Assembly: GCA_964016885.1 (NCBI GenBank)
Contig: OZ024740.1
Location: 405,294,001 to 405,358,000, forward strand
DNA: 64,000 bases
From: Eledone cirrhosa
Taxonomy: Eukaryota
Direction of reading: 5' to 3'
A program made the translations under genes and the position numbers. This document shows positions 40,891 to 54,829 of this stretch, one piece after another (the first letter of the stretch is position 1; each line of letters starts with the position of its first letter). The notes below the pieces were generated by a model. It was not told the DNA's origin. It saw only the letters and a list, made by a program, of their open reading frames with translations, and did not search any database.

Positions 40891-41400
40891 ATAACATATA
40901 CAGTTTATAATAATAATATAATATTAATATATTAATTACCATTTATCATCAACAGTAAAAGCTTTAACCAGCTTTATACATTCCTTTGCTATTCATAACT
41001 TCTTACTCTAAATAAACATAATTAATCTTTCACTTTATTGTAGAATATGAGTCGTTTTTGTGAAATGTCATTCCTACACATTTTTAATGTGGTTTAGATT
41101 AGTTAATTATTAATTTCTTTTTGTTTATTCTTTGTTGTTTGGTAATGTCATCTGCAAATTTATAAGTTGGTAAAAATTTATCCCAGTATATTTTTTTATA
41201 TACTCAGTGGAATCTTTCTTGTATTTATATCTTGGATTTGTTGTCGGTGGATGGTCATTCATTTTCATAGACTAATACCAGTTATCCCAATGTAATTTGC
41301 TCCATATCCACAGCATGTTAAAACATAGATAAAATTACCAAATAAACATGTAAAATTGTTTTTAAATTTAAAACTTTGTCCATTTTTGACTCCGGGTGTA

Positions 41401-41452
<52 letters not shown>

Positions 41453-41455
<3 letters not shown>

Positions 41456-41560
41456 GTTTCTACTTTAGGCACAAGGCCGTACATTACTGCTACTTTATTT
41501 TATCGACCCCGTAAGGATGAAAGGCAAAGTTAACCTCAGCGGGATTTGAACTCAAACTGT
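41453..41560 (-). mobile_element. 5-prime-truncated SINE between (TA)n tracts
   Basis: Reverse complement of the 32890-33000 type. Confidence 0.78.
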
Positions 41561-43035
41561 ATATATATATAATGAAAATAAAAGTTACGGGCGAAAGAAG
41601 GTAATATCCATCGTCAGTTGTCTGCTAGGAATCATAGGTATTTCTTCGCATTAGAGACAAGACACCTCAGCCTAGAGAGAACAATAACTAAAATAACTTA
41701 TTGGGATAAAAAAAGGGGAGAGAGAGAGAAAAAAATGTAAACAGACATGAAGGGTGAAGCAACGTAAAGAGAGGAAACGTATCAAGTCAACAACTCTTTT
41801 CGAACATAATTTCTGGCAAGTTTGACAAGAGAAAAAAAGACATGTCTTCACTGTAGCAGTGTTAGCGAGAGAAGACTGCTTGCAGTGGCGGATGAGGGAG
41901 GAAGTCAGCTAGCGGAGAGAGGGTGACTAACAGAGAGGGAGTGAGTGAAAGTAAGAGGAAGCGAGAAAGATATAGTTACAGTAGCAGGCTATCCGAGAGA
42001 AGGTGACTAGCAAAGGGGGTGAGCGAAAGTAAGAGAGAGAAGGAGAGATAGGATAGCAACAAGGGGAGAGAAAAGACGGATCACAGCGGAGAAGGAAACT
42101 TATATGAAATAGTAAGAAGGAAAAAATTCAGTAGAAAATGCTGGAGGGATTGTTTTCAGTATATCAAAACATTTATTTATAAAGTGGGTATTTCCGCATT
42201 TAATAGTGGTACCGGTTTCAGCATTATATGCTTTTTCAACGACAGAAGTGCAAAGTGCAGTTAAGTTGTATATTTATACAAATAATAATGATAAAATTGG
42301 GGAAGAAAAATTATTAATTTTTACATACCTATTTTAGAGAGGAGAGGTCATATCTCTGTCCGAGGTTGTCCTTCATTCTCTGTTAGTTGGTTAACAGAGG
42401 TGATAGTAGTTTATGTATGTATATGTAAAAGGTAACAAGAAATAACAAAACAAACACAGTACATGGAAGAAATATATTAGTTTAACACTTGAAATAGCAG
42501 GAAGAGAGTCTTAATGTTTCAGATATTAATCCTTTATCAGTAGAAAGAATGAGAAAGATTGAGGAGACGGGTATTAAAATATATTAACAACCTGATCAAC
42601 ATTATGTATTAACAGTAGAGGTATCCCTACGAATTGTTATCGTCGGTAACTGATTCATTCGGTGGGTCAAATCCAGCGAGCCGGCGCTCTTACGAGGGAC
42701 GTGGTCCGGCTCATTGCCAGCCCTTGGAGGTGGTTGCCATTTGCCACAGCAGGCCTTTACAGAACGCTGTGACAGGCTGGAGGGGTCTATCCCAACCCCT
42801 CCGGTCGCTGGCTTTTCGGCCCCCAGCTGCTGTATGGATACAGTAAATTTATTCATCATTCATTTGGCGCCTTTTTGTTCGTCCTCGTGTGGTTGACCAC
42901 CCGAGAATGGTAAAACCTGCCGAGTCAACAATAACCACTGCAAAAAAACGGGGGGGGGGGTGGTAAAGCTGCCTCTCTCGTACAGCTCAAACCACGGACT
43001 TAAGCTCTCTTCCCACTTCAAGGGTGGCGCCTTAA

Positions 43036-43226
43036 GAGCGGTGGATTGGCAGTATCGGTAGAGAGTCAGACGCCATGCTTTGCAAGCAAAGAGTTACGGC
43101 CCTTTATTGTCTGAGTTCAAATCCCGCCGAGGTTAACTTTGCCTTTCATCCTTACAGGGTCGATAAAATAAAGTACCAGTAATACACTGGGAAATTGCTG
43201 GCCTTGTGCCAAAAGTAGAAACAATT
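43036..43226 (+). mobile_element. tRNA-derived SINE
   Basis: A and B boxes plus core. Confidence 0.82.
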
Positions 43227-45369
43227 ATGTATTAAGTTTTTACTGAGGTTTCCCCCAAATTACAATTTTTCAGTCACAGCTAAAACCACATAAAAAGGAA
43301 ATGTTATATCAAACATCAGGCAGGATTAACAGTTAGCAATAAATACTTGAAACAATAAACAAATATTATGGAATTTAATATAAATCTTTAACAGTACCAG
43401 TAAATTTACCTTGCCTTGCTACCAACCGATGTTCAACAAAGAACTACAATCACTCTTCACTTTGATCTGTCTTGAACAAGTTTTGGAGCCTGGTACCAAA
43501 TGGTCTGTCTTTTACGCAGGTTTTTGTTGCATGCCAAGTAGTTATTGGTCAATCTATAGGTTTCTTACCCCCAGGTAGTATCCAGTTCATGCCAATCTTA
43601 GCAGGACAACTATCAGAGAAGCACAAGTTGTAACCAGTAAACTGAATGCACCTTCAGTGACTTTCATTCAGTTTTCTTGACTTTGTACACATCAGCACCT
43701 CGTCATTTCAAACCCTCTCAACATGATACTTTCAAAATTCTGCAAATACATGTCATATGAAAGGTGTTCAACAAATTAGCAGTATTTGAGGTTGTTTTCT
43801 AGATCTTACATGCATATAGCACAGTGAAAAAAACTATTGAGGTGTATAGCTTGAGTTTTATTTGTCAGTTGATCACATTTGATGACCAGATTTTATTTGG
43901 GGGAAGGGGGGGGGGGGGCGTTTAAGACTGAACTGGCTTATACTAGCCTAGTTTTGACATTTTTTTTCCATGTCTCCAGTATGGAATTGTACAATCCCAG
44001 AGGTCAATATATTAGATTTTTTACACCTGTTTACCATGCTAGCATGGGTTGAACAAGGTTTCTTGAGGCAGTATTCTATAGCTTGATGCCCCACATGACA
44101 CCAACCCTTACTTTTAAGTAAGGTACTTTATTCCCAGGTCTTTACATGTCAAATAGCTAAGCTACAAGACATAAACCAACATCAGCACTACACAAATGAT
44201 ATCAATTTGAAGAAACATGGCAACACATATATGGCAGTTCTTTAGCTATAATCAAATGCAATCCAGCTATGAACATTTTGTCTTTTTTCCAGGCACTATG
44301 TACTTAAAACCTCATTGTCTAATGTGCCCTTTATTTGTTAGACAGTATTGTTTATTTGAGGGAAATTTGGTTGCTATTTTTAGACAGTCAAGCAACCATT
44401 TAGTGGCTTTCTCTTTGGCTCATTATTATTGCTACTGTTGCTGTTATTTAAAACCCAGGTAAGCCCTGATCACACAGACCTATAATTAAATGACATTTTA
44501 GACATAATCATCCTGACATTTTGTATATCAAACTCTACATTATCAAGGTCCCCTTCCTTTTTTTAAGACAAGTAGGTGAAACTAAAGGAACACTTTGCTG
44601 CTATTTTTATCAAGACAAGTGTCTATCTGTAGTCTCCTTCATTTGGCTCAATATGATATTGCTATTGTTATTGCTGATAAAAATCATGGGAACATTGTAG
44701 TGTTTCTCATTCTTTATATCTGAACTTCTTTCTCTAATCAGGAAATTGTGTTACCAAGCTGAATAGTGTTAGTTTGTTACTAACATGCAGCATCTGTTTG
44801 TCATACCATGCTATGTTTATAGTGAAATGCACTGTATTTGAATTTGGAGGAATTTACTAAAATAATTATTTCACTATTAAGATGACATTTGTAATATGAT
44901 TTAACAAAATGTTCTTATGTCAAATTGTTAGATTTTATTTTAAATAGAAACCATTTAAAATGAGTGCTTTTTTATATAGAACCAGGGGCAGTTTTGGGTG
45001 AGTTGGTATCAAGGATTAATATAACTGCTGATTGTTTTGTGGGTATTCTATTAAAAAAGTTGACTAATAGGGTTATTTACTCCAGTAAATAACACTACAT
45101 GCCAACCACTAATAACCCAATAGAGTATCCAATGTTTCCTGCATTGTTTAAGATGTGATTCAAGAGAATTTGGCTGCTATTTCTAACAGGTTAAATGACC
45201 ACATAGAAGCCTCCCTCTTTGGTTCTGTTTTGTAATCCTTGCATTCTGTTTTTTTATGTGTTCATCTACTCTATAGTCAGGATTATTTTTGGTTCATATA
45301 AATATTGTGTATGTATGGTTTATTTGCAAGATGCAATATCTGTTCCAGTGTTCAATATGTTAGTCGTCA

Positions 45370-45905
45370 TTCATCATTATACATTAACTTTCTATGCTGA
45401 CATGGGCTGGACGAGTTATCATGGTCTGAGACAAAATGGGTTGGGCAGACCACATCTTGCTTATATGTTCCATTTTTGTCATGATTTCTAGAGCTGGATG
45501 CCTTTCCTAATACCAACCTCTTCACAGAATGCACTTGGTACATTTCATTGGGGTACTAGTACTACTGTTTGACAGTGTATTGGGCAAATTTTATTGTAAC
45601 ACTAGCCCTACCACTTTACAGAATGTATTGGGTGCATTTTATCATGGCACCAACACTACCTCTTACAGTGTGTACTTGGTGTATTTTATCATGGCACCAG
45701 CATTATCACTTTACAGAACGTAGTGAATGCATTTTATTGTGGCACAAGCACTATCATTATACTGAGTGTATTAGGTGCATTTTATTCTGGCACCATCACT
45801 ACCACTTACAGTATAGTGACTACATTTTATCATGGCATCAGCATTGTTACTTTATAGTATGTACTAGGTGCATTTTATCAAGTGACCAGCACTATACACT
45901 TTAGT
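45370..45905 (-). repeat. RTE/SINE tail remnant with about 8 degenerate ~47-bp tandem units (45524-45905)
   Basis: [52 protein letters not shown] units. Confidence 0.75.
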
Positions 45906-45909
45906 GTGT

Positions 45910-47080
45910 CAGACCATGGGGAATTGCACTAATGCTTTCCACTGGCTCTTTTCTCTCTTGCCACAACTGTACTCTCCACTAGCATCCTTACCATCTAATC
46001 CTTGATTTCATGACTCTAGTATTCCATTGGTTATCCCCTCAATCTTTTGCTATTGATGTATCCCTACCAGGGTGTGCGTGCATAATTATTGGGCTCTGAC
46101 TATATGTCCAAAGTTTTTGCTTCCTTATGGTTGCAACCATCTGCCTCACTGTTCCCATTTCCTCCTGGACCGACTCATTAGTTTTGTGGTCCATCTGGCT
46201 GATTTAATGTGTATTGGGTGCATTTTATGGTACCAGCTCGGCTGCTTTATTTCTGATTTACCGCTGTATTTATTCATGTCTTCTTCTTGCTCTTGCTTGA
46301 CAATGTGTCCAGCCCACTTCCATTTTACTTTGCTAACGATTTCTAGGATGCAGTAAACTTTTGTTTTTTCTCTGATCCATTCATCAGTTTTTTTATTTCA
46401 CTATGTGGTGTTTAACATGATCCTTCCATTGCCTCTTTGTATTGTTCATAGCTTTAGAGTTCACTTTTTTGTTAGGTTCCAGGTTCCTGACAGTTGACAG
46501 AATACACTGGTAATAAATTTGACATTTCAAGACAATTGACATGTCTTTGTTCTTCAAGATGGCAGTCACTCTTCCAAAGGCCTGCCACCTCAATGTGATG
46601 TGGCACTTGATTTCTTGTTCTTTAGATACTGAGTCCATTGAAATGTGCTGACCAAGGTAGATGTAGTAGTTGACTGCCTTGATCTACTTGCTATTGATGA
46701 CCAGGTCTGCATCCTCAAGGTATTTATTATGGTTTTGGTCTTTATGAAGTTCATGCTCAGATCAAATTTTGAGCGAGCTGTTCAGTTCATTTGTTGTAGT
46801 TCTTCTTTGTTGCTGGCAAAGATGATCATATTGTCAGCGAACCTAAGGTAGTTTAGATATTTGCTGTCAGTCTTGATACCCCTCTCTTCCCATCTGAGTT
46901 TTTGAAAGACCCCCTTCCAGGACCGCTGTGAAAAGCTTTGGAGAACTGGTGTCTCCCTGTCATACTTCTCTTCAAAGTTGAAAAGGCTTTGAATCTTTGT
47001 ATATATGGATATATGATCTTGAATCGTTGTAGCTGTGTTGGAGAATGTTGACATTGTCATCATTGATTACAAGGTCTTTG
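45910..47080 (-). pseudogene. Decayed RTE/BovB-like LINE 3-prime part
   Basis: YLNYLRFADNMIIFA, WQAFGR and WAGH motifs with stops. Confidence 0.78.
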
Positions 47081-47829
47081 ATACTGTAGAGATCCCGGAC
47101 ATAATCAGGACACTTTAAGGTCTTTCTATAAGTATGACAATTTGTGTTTCTATCTCTACATATATATTTGGGTAGCGCTGTTAATTTTGAGTTATTTCTA
47201 GTTTTCCTCTTGGCCTCCAGCTTTTTAATGTTGCACCAGCTATTGTTTAAACCTAAAAGCACATGGTATTTATATTATGTGTGTGTATCTTTTTGGCTGT
47301 AAATTTTCGTTGCTTTCTTGACATTGCTACCAACACAAAATATTTATTTCAATTTTGTTGGAAAAGCTGTAAATACTAATGCTTAGTGATGAATAATGAC
47401 TCTTAATTTATTAACTATCCATTTTAATTATGGTATTTAACTTTGTCATCTAAAACTGCTGTCTAAGCAATTATGTAAGTAGACTGACTTTTTTCTTTTA
47501 TACGTATTCTTTACTTACAATATGTTTTACTATACTACATATTATCATTCGTTATCCACCCGCCCTCCCTGTGGCTCTAAACCAGCAGAGTCATAATGAT
47601 CAGACTGATCCTTAAGTGTAGTTAGGGGCTCTAACCCTAGTGCTGTTAAATACACTCTCCATGATTCTTTTCAATGGCTGATAATACCTTACCGGCACCA
47701 CTCAAGTAAGGTAATTATTTAACACATAAATGGGGCCCTAACAGGTACTACTACACCAGGCCAGAGCAGACCTGGGAGTGATAACAACTAACAACATTCC
47801 TCACGGCTCATGAACTCCCAAACTGGAGC

Positions 47830-48280
47830 CTTTGAAGATCTGGATATTGAGATAGGGCCCTTCGCCTGAGAAAATCAAGGAGAGTAAGGCCCATGGAGAT
47901 GAAGTGGCATTAGAGGTGATGAATAGATGTGATTTTGATGATTTCATCCTAGAGTTCTGTAACCAAGCACTGGAGCAAGGTATTGCCCCGAATCAGTGGA
48001 GGATCAGTAACATCGTCCCAGTGCCAAAGAAGGGAGATCTCTCTAACACCAACAACTACAGGGGTATCTCACTGATGTCACTTGTGGCAAAGACCCTAAA
48101 CAGAATGATTCTTAACAGGATTCAGCCTGAGATGGAGTAGAAGCTCAGGGACAACTAGAATGGCTTCAGAGAGGGAATATCAACCACCAGTCACATCCTG
48201 ATGCTGAGGAGGATATTAGAGGGAGCGAGAGCAAAGCACAAACTCCATGGTTATGGACCTAGTTTTGACCACTGCCAATG
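47830..48280 (+). pseudogene. RTE-like RT fragment
   Basis: IVPVPKKGDLSNTNNYRGISLMSLVAK. Confidence 0.75.
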
Positions 48281-48339
48281 GTACTGCTTGTCCATTTGGG
48301 ATCACAGTGTCTGACAAAATAGTCAAACACTGTCCTTTA

Positions 48340-51300
48340 ACTATTAGTATGAAAATAAAACAAACAAATGTGTATAGAATTAAATATAGGACATTTAAGT
48401 AGCGCAATATGCGATGACAAGGGCCAGCCAGACCTGGAACACAGAGAACAGGACACACACACACAGACGGATTTCTGTTTATTTTCCACGAGAGCACAAA
48501 AGAAAGGACACATACATGGGGGGGGGGGGGGGTTACATAAAAATTGAGTAAAAGAATGTAATAACAAATAAAATTATAACGAAAAGGTCCTCAATAGGGA
48601 GGGATCGTTTTGGGGTCACACACACACCCAGAAAAAAAAATGTGCGACCCTTCTCCACGGGAGCACAAAAAGAGGGTGCTCCCTTCTTCCTTCATCCTTT
48701 TCCGTCTACAGGTTGAGGTAGAGAGAAGGCCCATTCACACGGGCCATTCTCGCAACTTTCACCCACCTTTCATAAAACTGGCTGGGGTGGAGCACCTCTC
48801 TCTCCATCCTGATCCTTCTTCCGAAATGGTATCGGAAGAAAAGGACTAGTTGTTGGCCGGAAAGAAAGGTGTCTAACCTCAGCCCTTTTAGACGCGTCCA
48901 CCATACAACCTCTTTTACCATGGCTATTACACAGAGGAAGACCGCCTCTCCTTCATTTTTGAAGAGGGGAGGCGGCTTGATCGTTACAATGGACTCGGTG
49001 GTCAACCTGATTGGTCCCACCCGTGACAGCAGTTGTTCGACATAGCCCCACAGATCGGCAACGCTGGGGCAGTGTACCAAATAGGCTTGCCAGTTCGTCC
49101 TCCTCCATGCCTAGGGTTTCTCCGAGGGCGTTGTCGCACCTGCTAACCACCAGCCCTCTTTAGAATGATGAGGTGGAGTCTCCACCGATAGCCGGGTCCA
49201 CCTGCCAGAGAACTGTGAGCGCCTGGGCACACTCGGTGTGCCAGTCGCCCAGTTTTCTCGGTCTTTGCTTCACCCAGGACTGCAGCTCGGTGAGCGAGAC
49301 GAGCCTCGGAAAGGCTCGCCTCACAAACGGGGCCCACACTGGTTGACCGGTGAGGAATACCTGGAGGTGTCGTAGCCTCAATGCGTGTTTACGCATTTTT
49401 AGCCACGGCATCCCCAGCCCTCCTTTCAAAGGGTGTTGACAGCAGATGGATCACCTCACCAGAGAAGCCCTCTTCTTCAAAAGGAATTGGAAGAGAGCGC
49501 GCTCCATTTTGGTGAGGATCTCACCCAGGCAAGGCACGACAGTCAAGCGGTAATAGATGACGGACGCTATGTAAGTGTGCCACCTCCGCCCGACCTTTCA
49601 GGGATAGTTTGCACTCGGCCCACTTCTGGGTCAGTGCAAACACCCTATTCGTAACCTCACCCCAGTTTTTCTCCACCTGGAGGTCCGAACCAGACCCCAA
49701 GCAACTTCACCGGGCTCTCCTTCCAACGATACCGTCAGATGGCATCGGTTTGCCCCTCCACTCGCCGAGTTGCAAAGTCCCGGTTCAGCTTAGCCCCTGT
49801 CAACCTTTCGTACTCCTCTAGTAAGGTGCTGATTGCCTCGATTTCCGAGGTGGTCGACACCATTACTGTTACGTCATTGGCGTAGGCCGACACTGCTTTG
49901 CGCAATCCCAGTTCCAAAGGGATGCCCTGCAACAACTCCAACTTCCGCAGTAGTGACTCGAGAGCCAATACATACAGAAGGGAGGAGAGAGGGCACCCCT
50001 GTCGGATGGGGCGGGAGATTTCGAACGGCTCCGAGAGGTAGCCGTTCACCTTGACTCTAGAGCAGATGCGGCTGCTATGCATGGCAGTGATCCAGCCCCT
50101 GAAAACGGGTCCGAACCCAGCCGCCGCTAGCACCGCATCCAGGTAACCATGGTCCACCCTATCGAAAGATTTAGACTGATCTAAATTGATCAGGGCCCCA
50201 CCAAAGCCGGGTTCGTTCCCAAACCTCTCTATGATGTATCGCATGAGGTGGAGGTTGTCGTGGATGCATCTGGACGGGATAGCGCATGTCTACGCATCTC
50301 CCACCAGTCCCCCACGACAAGCGCCAGCCTATTCGCTAACACCTTGGCCAAAATCTTTAACTCTGCATTTAGCAGAGTTATGGGCCTAAAATTACTAATG
50401 TCATCCCCTTTGTTCTCGTCCTTCCTCACTAATGAGACTATGCCCTTGGTCACAGAACAGGGAATTCTCCCGTTCTGTTGCCAGTTGCAGTAGACTGCCT
50501 CGAGATCGGGGAACAAGTCTGGCATATTAATATATAGTTCGTAGCGCAGACCATCGAGGCCTGGAGATATGCGTTTGCCACATAGGCTTAGCACGTCCCC
50601 TATTTCAGCAACTGAGATCGGCCTCTCGCAGGACCTCGCCTCCTCGTCCGAAAGATGCGGCAGGCCGTCGAGGTATGGACCGAAATCCACATCCCCACCC
50701 CTCCCGAACAATCGGGCAAAGTGCCTTTGAAAGGCCTCGCACATTTGCTTAGGTTCAAGGATCACCCGTCCATCTTGGTCTAGCAAAGACCGGATAGTGG
50801 ATCTAATCCCACTTTTGGCTTCTGTCACGCGGGCCCAGCTAACAGCTTTGGTCCCCTCGTTTCCCAGAGCACGTATTTTGCTTCGGACAACGCAGCCTTC
50901 GTGTTTCGCATCGAATAACTGGCTCAAGGCCGTTCTCGATGCTTGCATTCTGGCCACGTTGCCGCTTCTAATTGCCTCTTCAACATTAACTACCAACTCC
51001 CTTTCCTTCCTATTTCTATCTGAAGCTAACTCCTATTGAAACTACTCTAATCTCTCTTTTCAGAGAGCCCCACCACCTGCTGTTGTCGATGGCGCCCATC
51101 AACCGTTCCTTAACTAAGGTTCTAATCCAGTCCCTGTAAGCTCTACTTGCCGGTAAGAGCAAGTTGAGCTTCCAGTAACCAGGTCCCTGCCTATGCGTTC
51201 TATCAAGGTGGACTATGCAGGTCACTAACTTGTGGTCTGAATAGCCCACCATGAGCATTTCTGGACAACTTAAAAAGTCCCTATCCTTAATTCTAACTAA

Positions 51301-53750
51301 GAACCTATCTAGGTACGATCTAGATTGGCCGCTGTGGTTTGTCCAAGTTCAGGTTGGCACAGTCGGAAAATCTAGTCGATATTTATCGGCCAGGTCAAAT
51401 CGGCCGATTAACCCCTTGAGGTTGTTACACCCCCCTCTATCGGGACATGCCCCTACATAGTCCCAACGTGCATCTAGGATACCATTCCAGTCCCCCACTA
51501 AAAGCAAGGAGCGAGACATCCGTAGAAAAGTCTCCAGACGATGGAAGAAGTCCGGCCGCATTGCCCCAAAAGGGGCGTATACGGCGACAAGCCTAAAAGC
51601 TTTGCCTTCACAACTGCCAAGGTCCAGAACCACTAGTCGACCCTCCGAGTCCAAGTGTACCGTCTCTGTAGCGAGACCCAGATGTTTTTGCAGCAGAACG
51701 ACAACCCCACCCCCACCTCCGGGCTGACAGAGAGATGCGTGCATCTCAAAGTCATCAAAGGTGGGGGCTAGCTGTCGCATGCTGCTAATCCGGGTCTCGC
51801 AAATAACCATCATATTTATACATCATGACCTGAGGTCATTTAGAAGTTTAGCTTGCTCCCAAGGTGAGCCCAGGCCATGTGCATTTAGACAACCTACTCT
51901 TAACACAGCCATGCTGGTGGTAAAGAGAGAGGCACTTACCTCTCTGCGTCCTGGGGTCCGGGCTGTTCAGTTTCCATGGGGGAGGGGGGTATTAGTGTGT
52001 GGAGGGGTTGGGGTGTTTTGAATTGTGTGGCTGTTTGAGGAGGGGAGGAGAAAACCTTTCAGGAGGACGCAGTTGTGTGGCCTGGTGCAGGGTGGCCCCA
52101 CGTCCTCAGGGTAAATGTTTTTCAATGTTTTAAAAATGTCAAGTGGGACTTCACATTTTCAGGTTAGGGAGTCCCATTGTAAAATTCGGCCCTTCGGTTT
52201 GTACCGAAGTGTTATCGTTTATTTTGTCTACTAAGATTTTATTGTTTTTGTTTATGTATGTGTAGAGTTTTTGTGTTGTTGTTTGTTTTTGTTTGTTGTT
52301 CTTGAGTGTGCTTGCGTTTTGTTGTCTGTGTTGTGTTGTCAGGTGGGGTTATTTTTGTTTGTGTGGTGTGTGTACGTTTTTTTCTTTTGACTTTTTGGAA
52401 GGGAGCCCCCTTGTCTTCCAAGGATATGAGCTCCTCTTCCGTATTGGAGGGGAGGGGTATATTACCAGGTGTTGTTTGCACTGCATGTGTTTTTTTATTT
52501 GTGTTCTGAGGGGAGGGGCTGGGTGAGACCTTTTTTGGGGTTGTTTTCTTGAGCTGTTGTTGTTGTGGTGGTGTTGGTGGTGTTATTGTTTGTGGTGTTT
52601 GTAATAATGGTTTCTTTTTTATCAGTTGAGGGCATGCAGCCCTCAGGTGACCTTTGCTTGCACAGTGGTAACACGCGGGTCGCCTACCCTCAACTGAAAT
52701 ATTTATGTAGGTCTCTCCATCTAAATGAATTCTCTGTGGGATCTTCGCTATCCTTTCTGGGCTCATCTGCACCAGAAGTTCTATGCTGGTCCCACTAAAG
52801 ACCTCTCTGGGGGGACTTTCCACCTGAGATTATAATGTCTTGGTCAAGGTCTACAATGCCACAATGTAGCCAAGTGTCTACTTTGGGTCTTATGCAGTTG
52901 AATTTTATTTTTTGAGACCTTCTTCCCATCTAAGATGGGGAAAAGGTGAAGTGGAATGTTTTTGCGCCGTTTCTTGATCCTTCATAAGCACCGAGATGCT
53001 ACTGAAGAGTTTTCCTTTTTGAATGAACAAAATGCTTTCCATTTGGTTCCTTAAAACCATCTCTATCTCACTCTGAGACGGTTGTACTGGGTTTTTTTTG
53101 TAGCATTCGAGATTGTCCTGAACACCACCGTGCTCGTGGCAATTTCTCTTTTTTATTTCTTCAGGGAAATTAATGCTGAATGAACCATCGGGTTCGAAAG
53201 TCACATACCTTTTTGCTTCTTCCAACTTTTGCTTTGCGTTGGTTAAATCCAAGGTGTTTTTTTTACAGTTTCCGCAAAGGAAATTTTGTTGTCGTTGTCT
53301 TTCTTGTTATTGTTGTTGTTGTCGCTGTTCACTTTGGTGTTCGTATTGGTATCGATAATTTTTCCGTTGCTGGTATTATTTCCAAATTTTTTCTTTTAGG
53401 TTGTTGTCTGTTGTTCCTTATTAACGTTTTTTTTTAAAGGAAGCGGGGGAAGCTGGGCACTTTGTGCTTTCATTTTTCCTCGAAGATTTTTTTTTTTTCT
53501 TTGGGGAACATGGCACCATGACTTGTATTAATGCCATCCATTACTACAAGCTGAGTTCACAAAATTGTAAGAAGAAAACTTTCACCCCAAAAAGGGGCGA
53601 AAATAATAATAACCTCAACGTCTGCAGGCCCAAACGAGGGGTTAAAGTATATCACAATAGAAAAATAAATCCCAAAACACTCTTTACAAGGTAAAACCAA
53701 TGTAAAAGACAGAGCTCATTAATACACGTCTACCTCCGTCGACAGACAGA
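48340..53750 (-). mobile_element. Full-length-sized but disrupted Tx1/L1-clade LINE: ORF1 with a CCHC knuckle (~53400-52239) and ORF2 APE-RT (51912-48706)
   Basis: CYHCASKGHLRAAC; ICET, GDWN, YSDH, GYWKLN, SPGLDG, NFRPITLLN, LDQSKSFDRVDH, IRQGCPLS, YAND, GGLGMP; multiple frameshifts. Confidence 0.9.
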
Positions 53751-54019
53751 CAGCTAGCTATGTAGAATTTCTGAATCTGATTTTTTTTTTTTTCACCATA
53801 ATAGAATATTTTTTTATCTCTTCATATTTATTCAATATTTAATGGGAAGCAGCTAATGATACCCTTTGGAGCCTAAATTCTAATTCAAAAAATGTTGAAC
53901 ATATTCTAAAATCATTTAGTTACTACTCATGTATTATACTTCTTCTAACTATCTTTATATTCATTTTTAATTAGTGAATTGTACTTTACATTATAAATTC
54001 TGACATTATTAATGTTCAG

Positions 54020-54580
54020 GAGTGGTGTAAGGCAGGAGGCTGAATTAAATGTAAGAATTATGGGAGCTGGTGCAGTAATGTGCCAGCTTCAGTAATCAGA
54101 AGAGAGGTAGTTGTAAAAGCCAAACTCACTACCATAATTTTGGTAATCGTGTTAACCCTTACCTATGGTCATGAATCTTGGGTAATAACTGAAAAAATAC
54201 AATCGGCCGAAATGGGGTTCCGCTGAAGGATCTTTGGATCAACGTTACTCGGTAGAGTACGTAATTCGGTGATCAGAGAGTCACTCCAGGTAGAGCCACT
54301 ACTTCTCTGAATTGAGAGATCACAGCTCCAATACTATGGGTATGTGGTTAGAATGTCTCAGGAGAGAATAACTGGACAGATTTTATGGACAAAACCAACT
54401 GGCAGGAGACCAAGGAGTAGACGCCAAGCAAGATGGTTGGATAACATCCATGAGCTTGGCTGGTCTCACTTGGGGATCCAGTTGGATGGAGATGGCTGCT
54501 TCTGACAGGACATGCTGGAAGGAATGTTTGAGGACTCTTCCTCCATGACCCTCTCAGGACTAAGTGGGTGAAGAAGGAGG
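54020..54580 (+). pseudogene. Decayed RTE-like LINE 3-prime fragment
   Basis: SAEMGF..RVRNSVIRESLQVEPLL..IERSQL-like peptides. Confidence 0.6.
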
Positions 54581-54829
54581 ATATGCTGATGCAGTTTAGA
54601 AATGAGAGAAATATTTAATTTACTCTCTAACAATTCAGATATTTTCTTTCTAATTTTAGCAATTCATCACTTTTTTTTCTTTTAAAAATTATATGCATGC
54701 TCTGCTTTTTGAACCACTTATTGAATATGCTATGTACTTTTTTTATGTAAAAACTTTAACCCTTTTCTCTTCTACATATTAGATGAGATTCAATGTTTTA
54801 ACAAACAATTACTTTTCAGACCTGTAGAC

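Noticed and set aside
42508-42545. Minus-strand HHR-like CTGATAA...GAAAC
   Set aside because: The core is mutated and stems I and III are unconvincing; at most a decayed pLTR.
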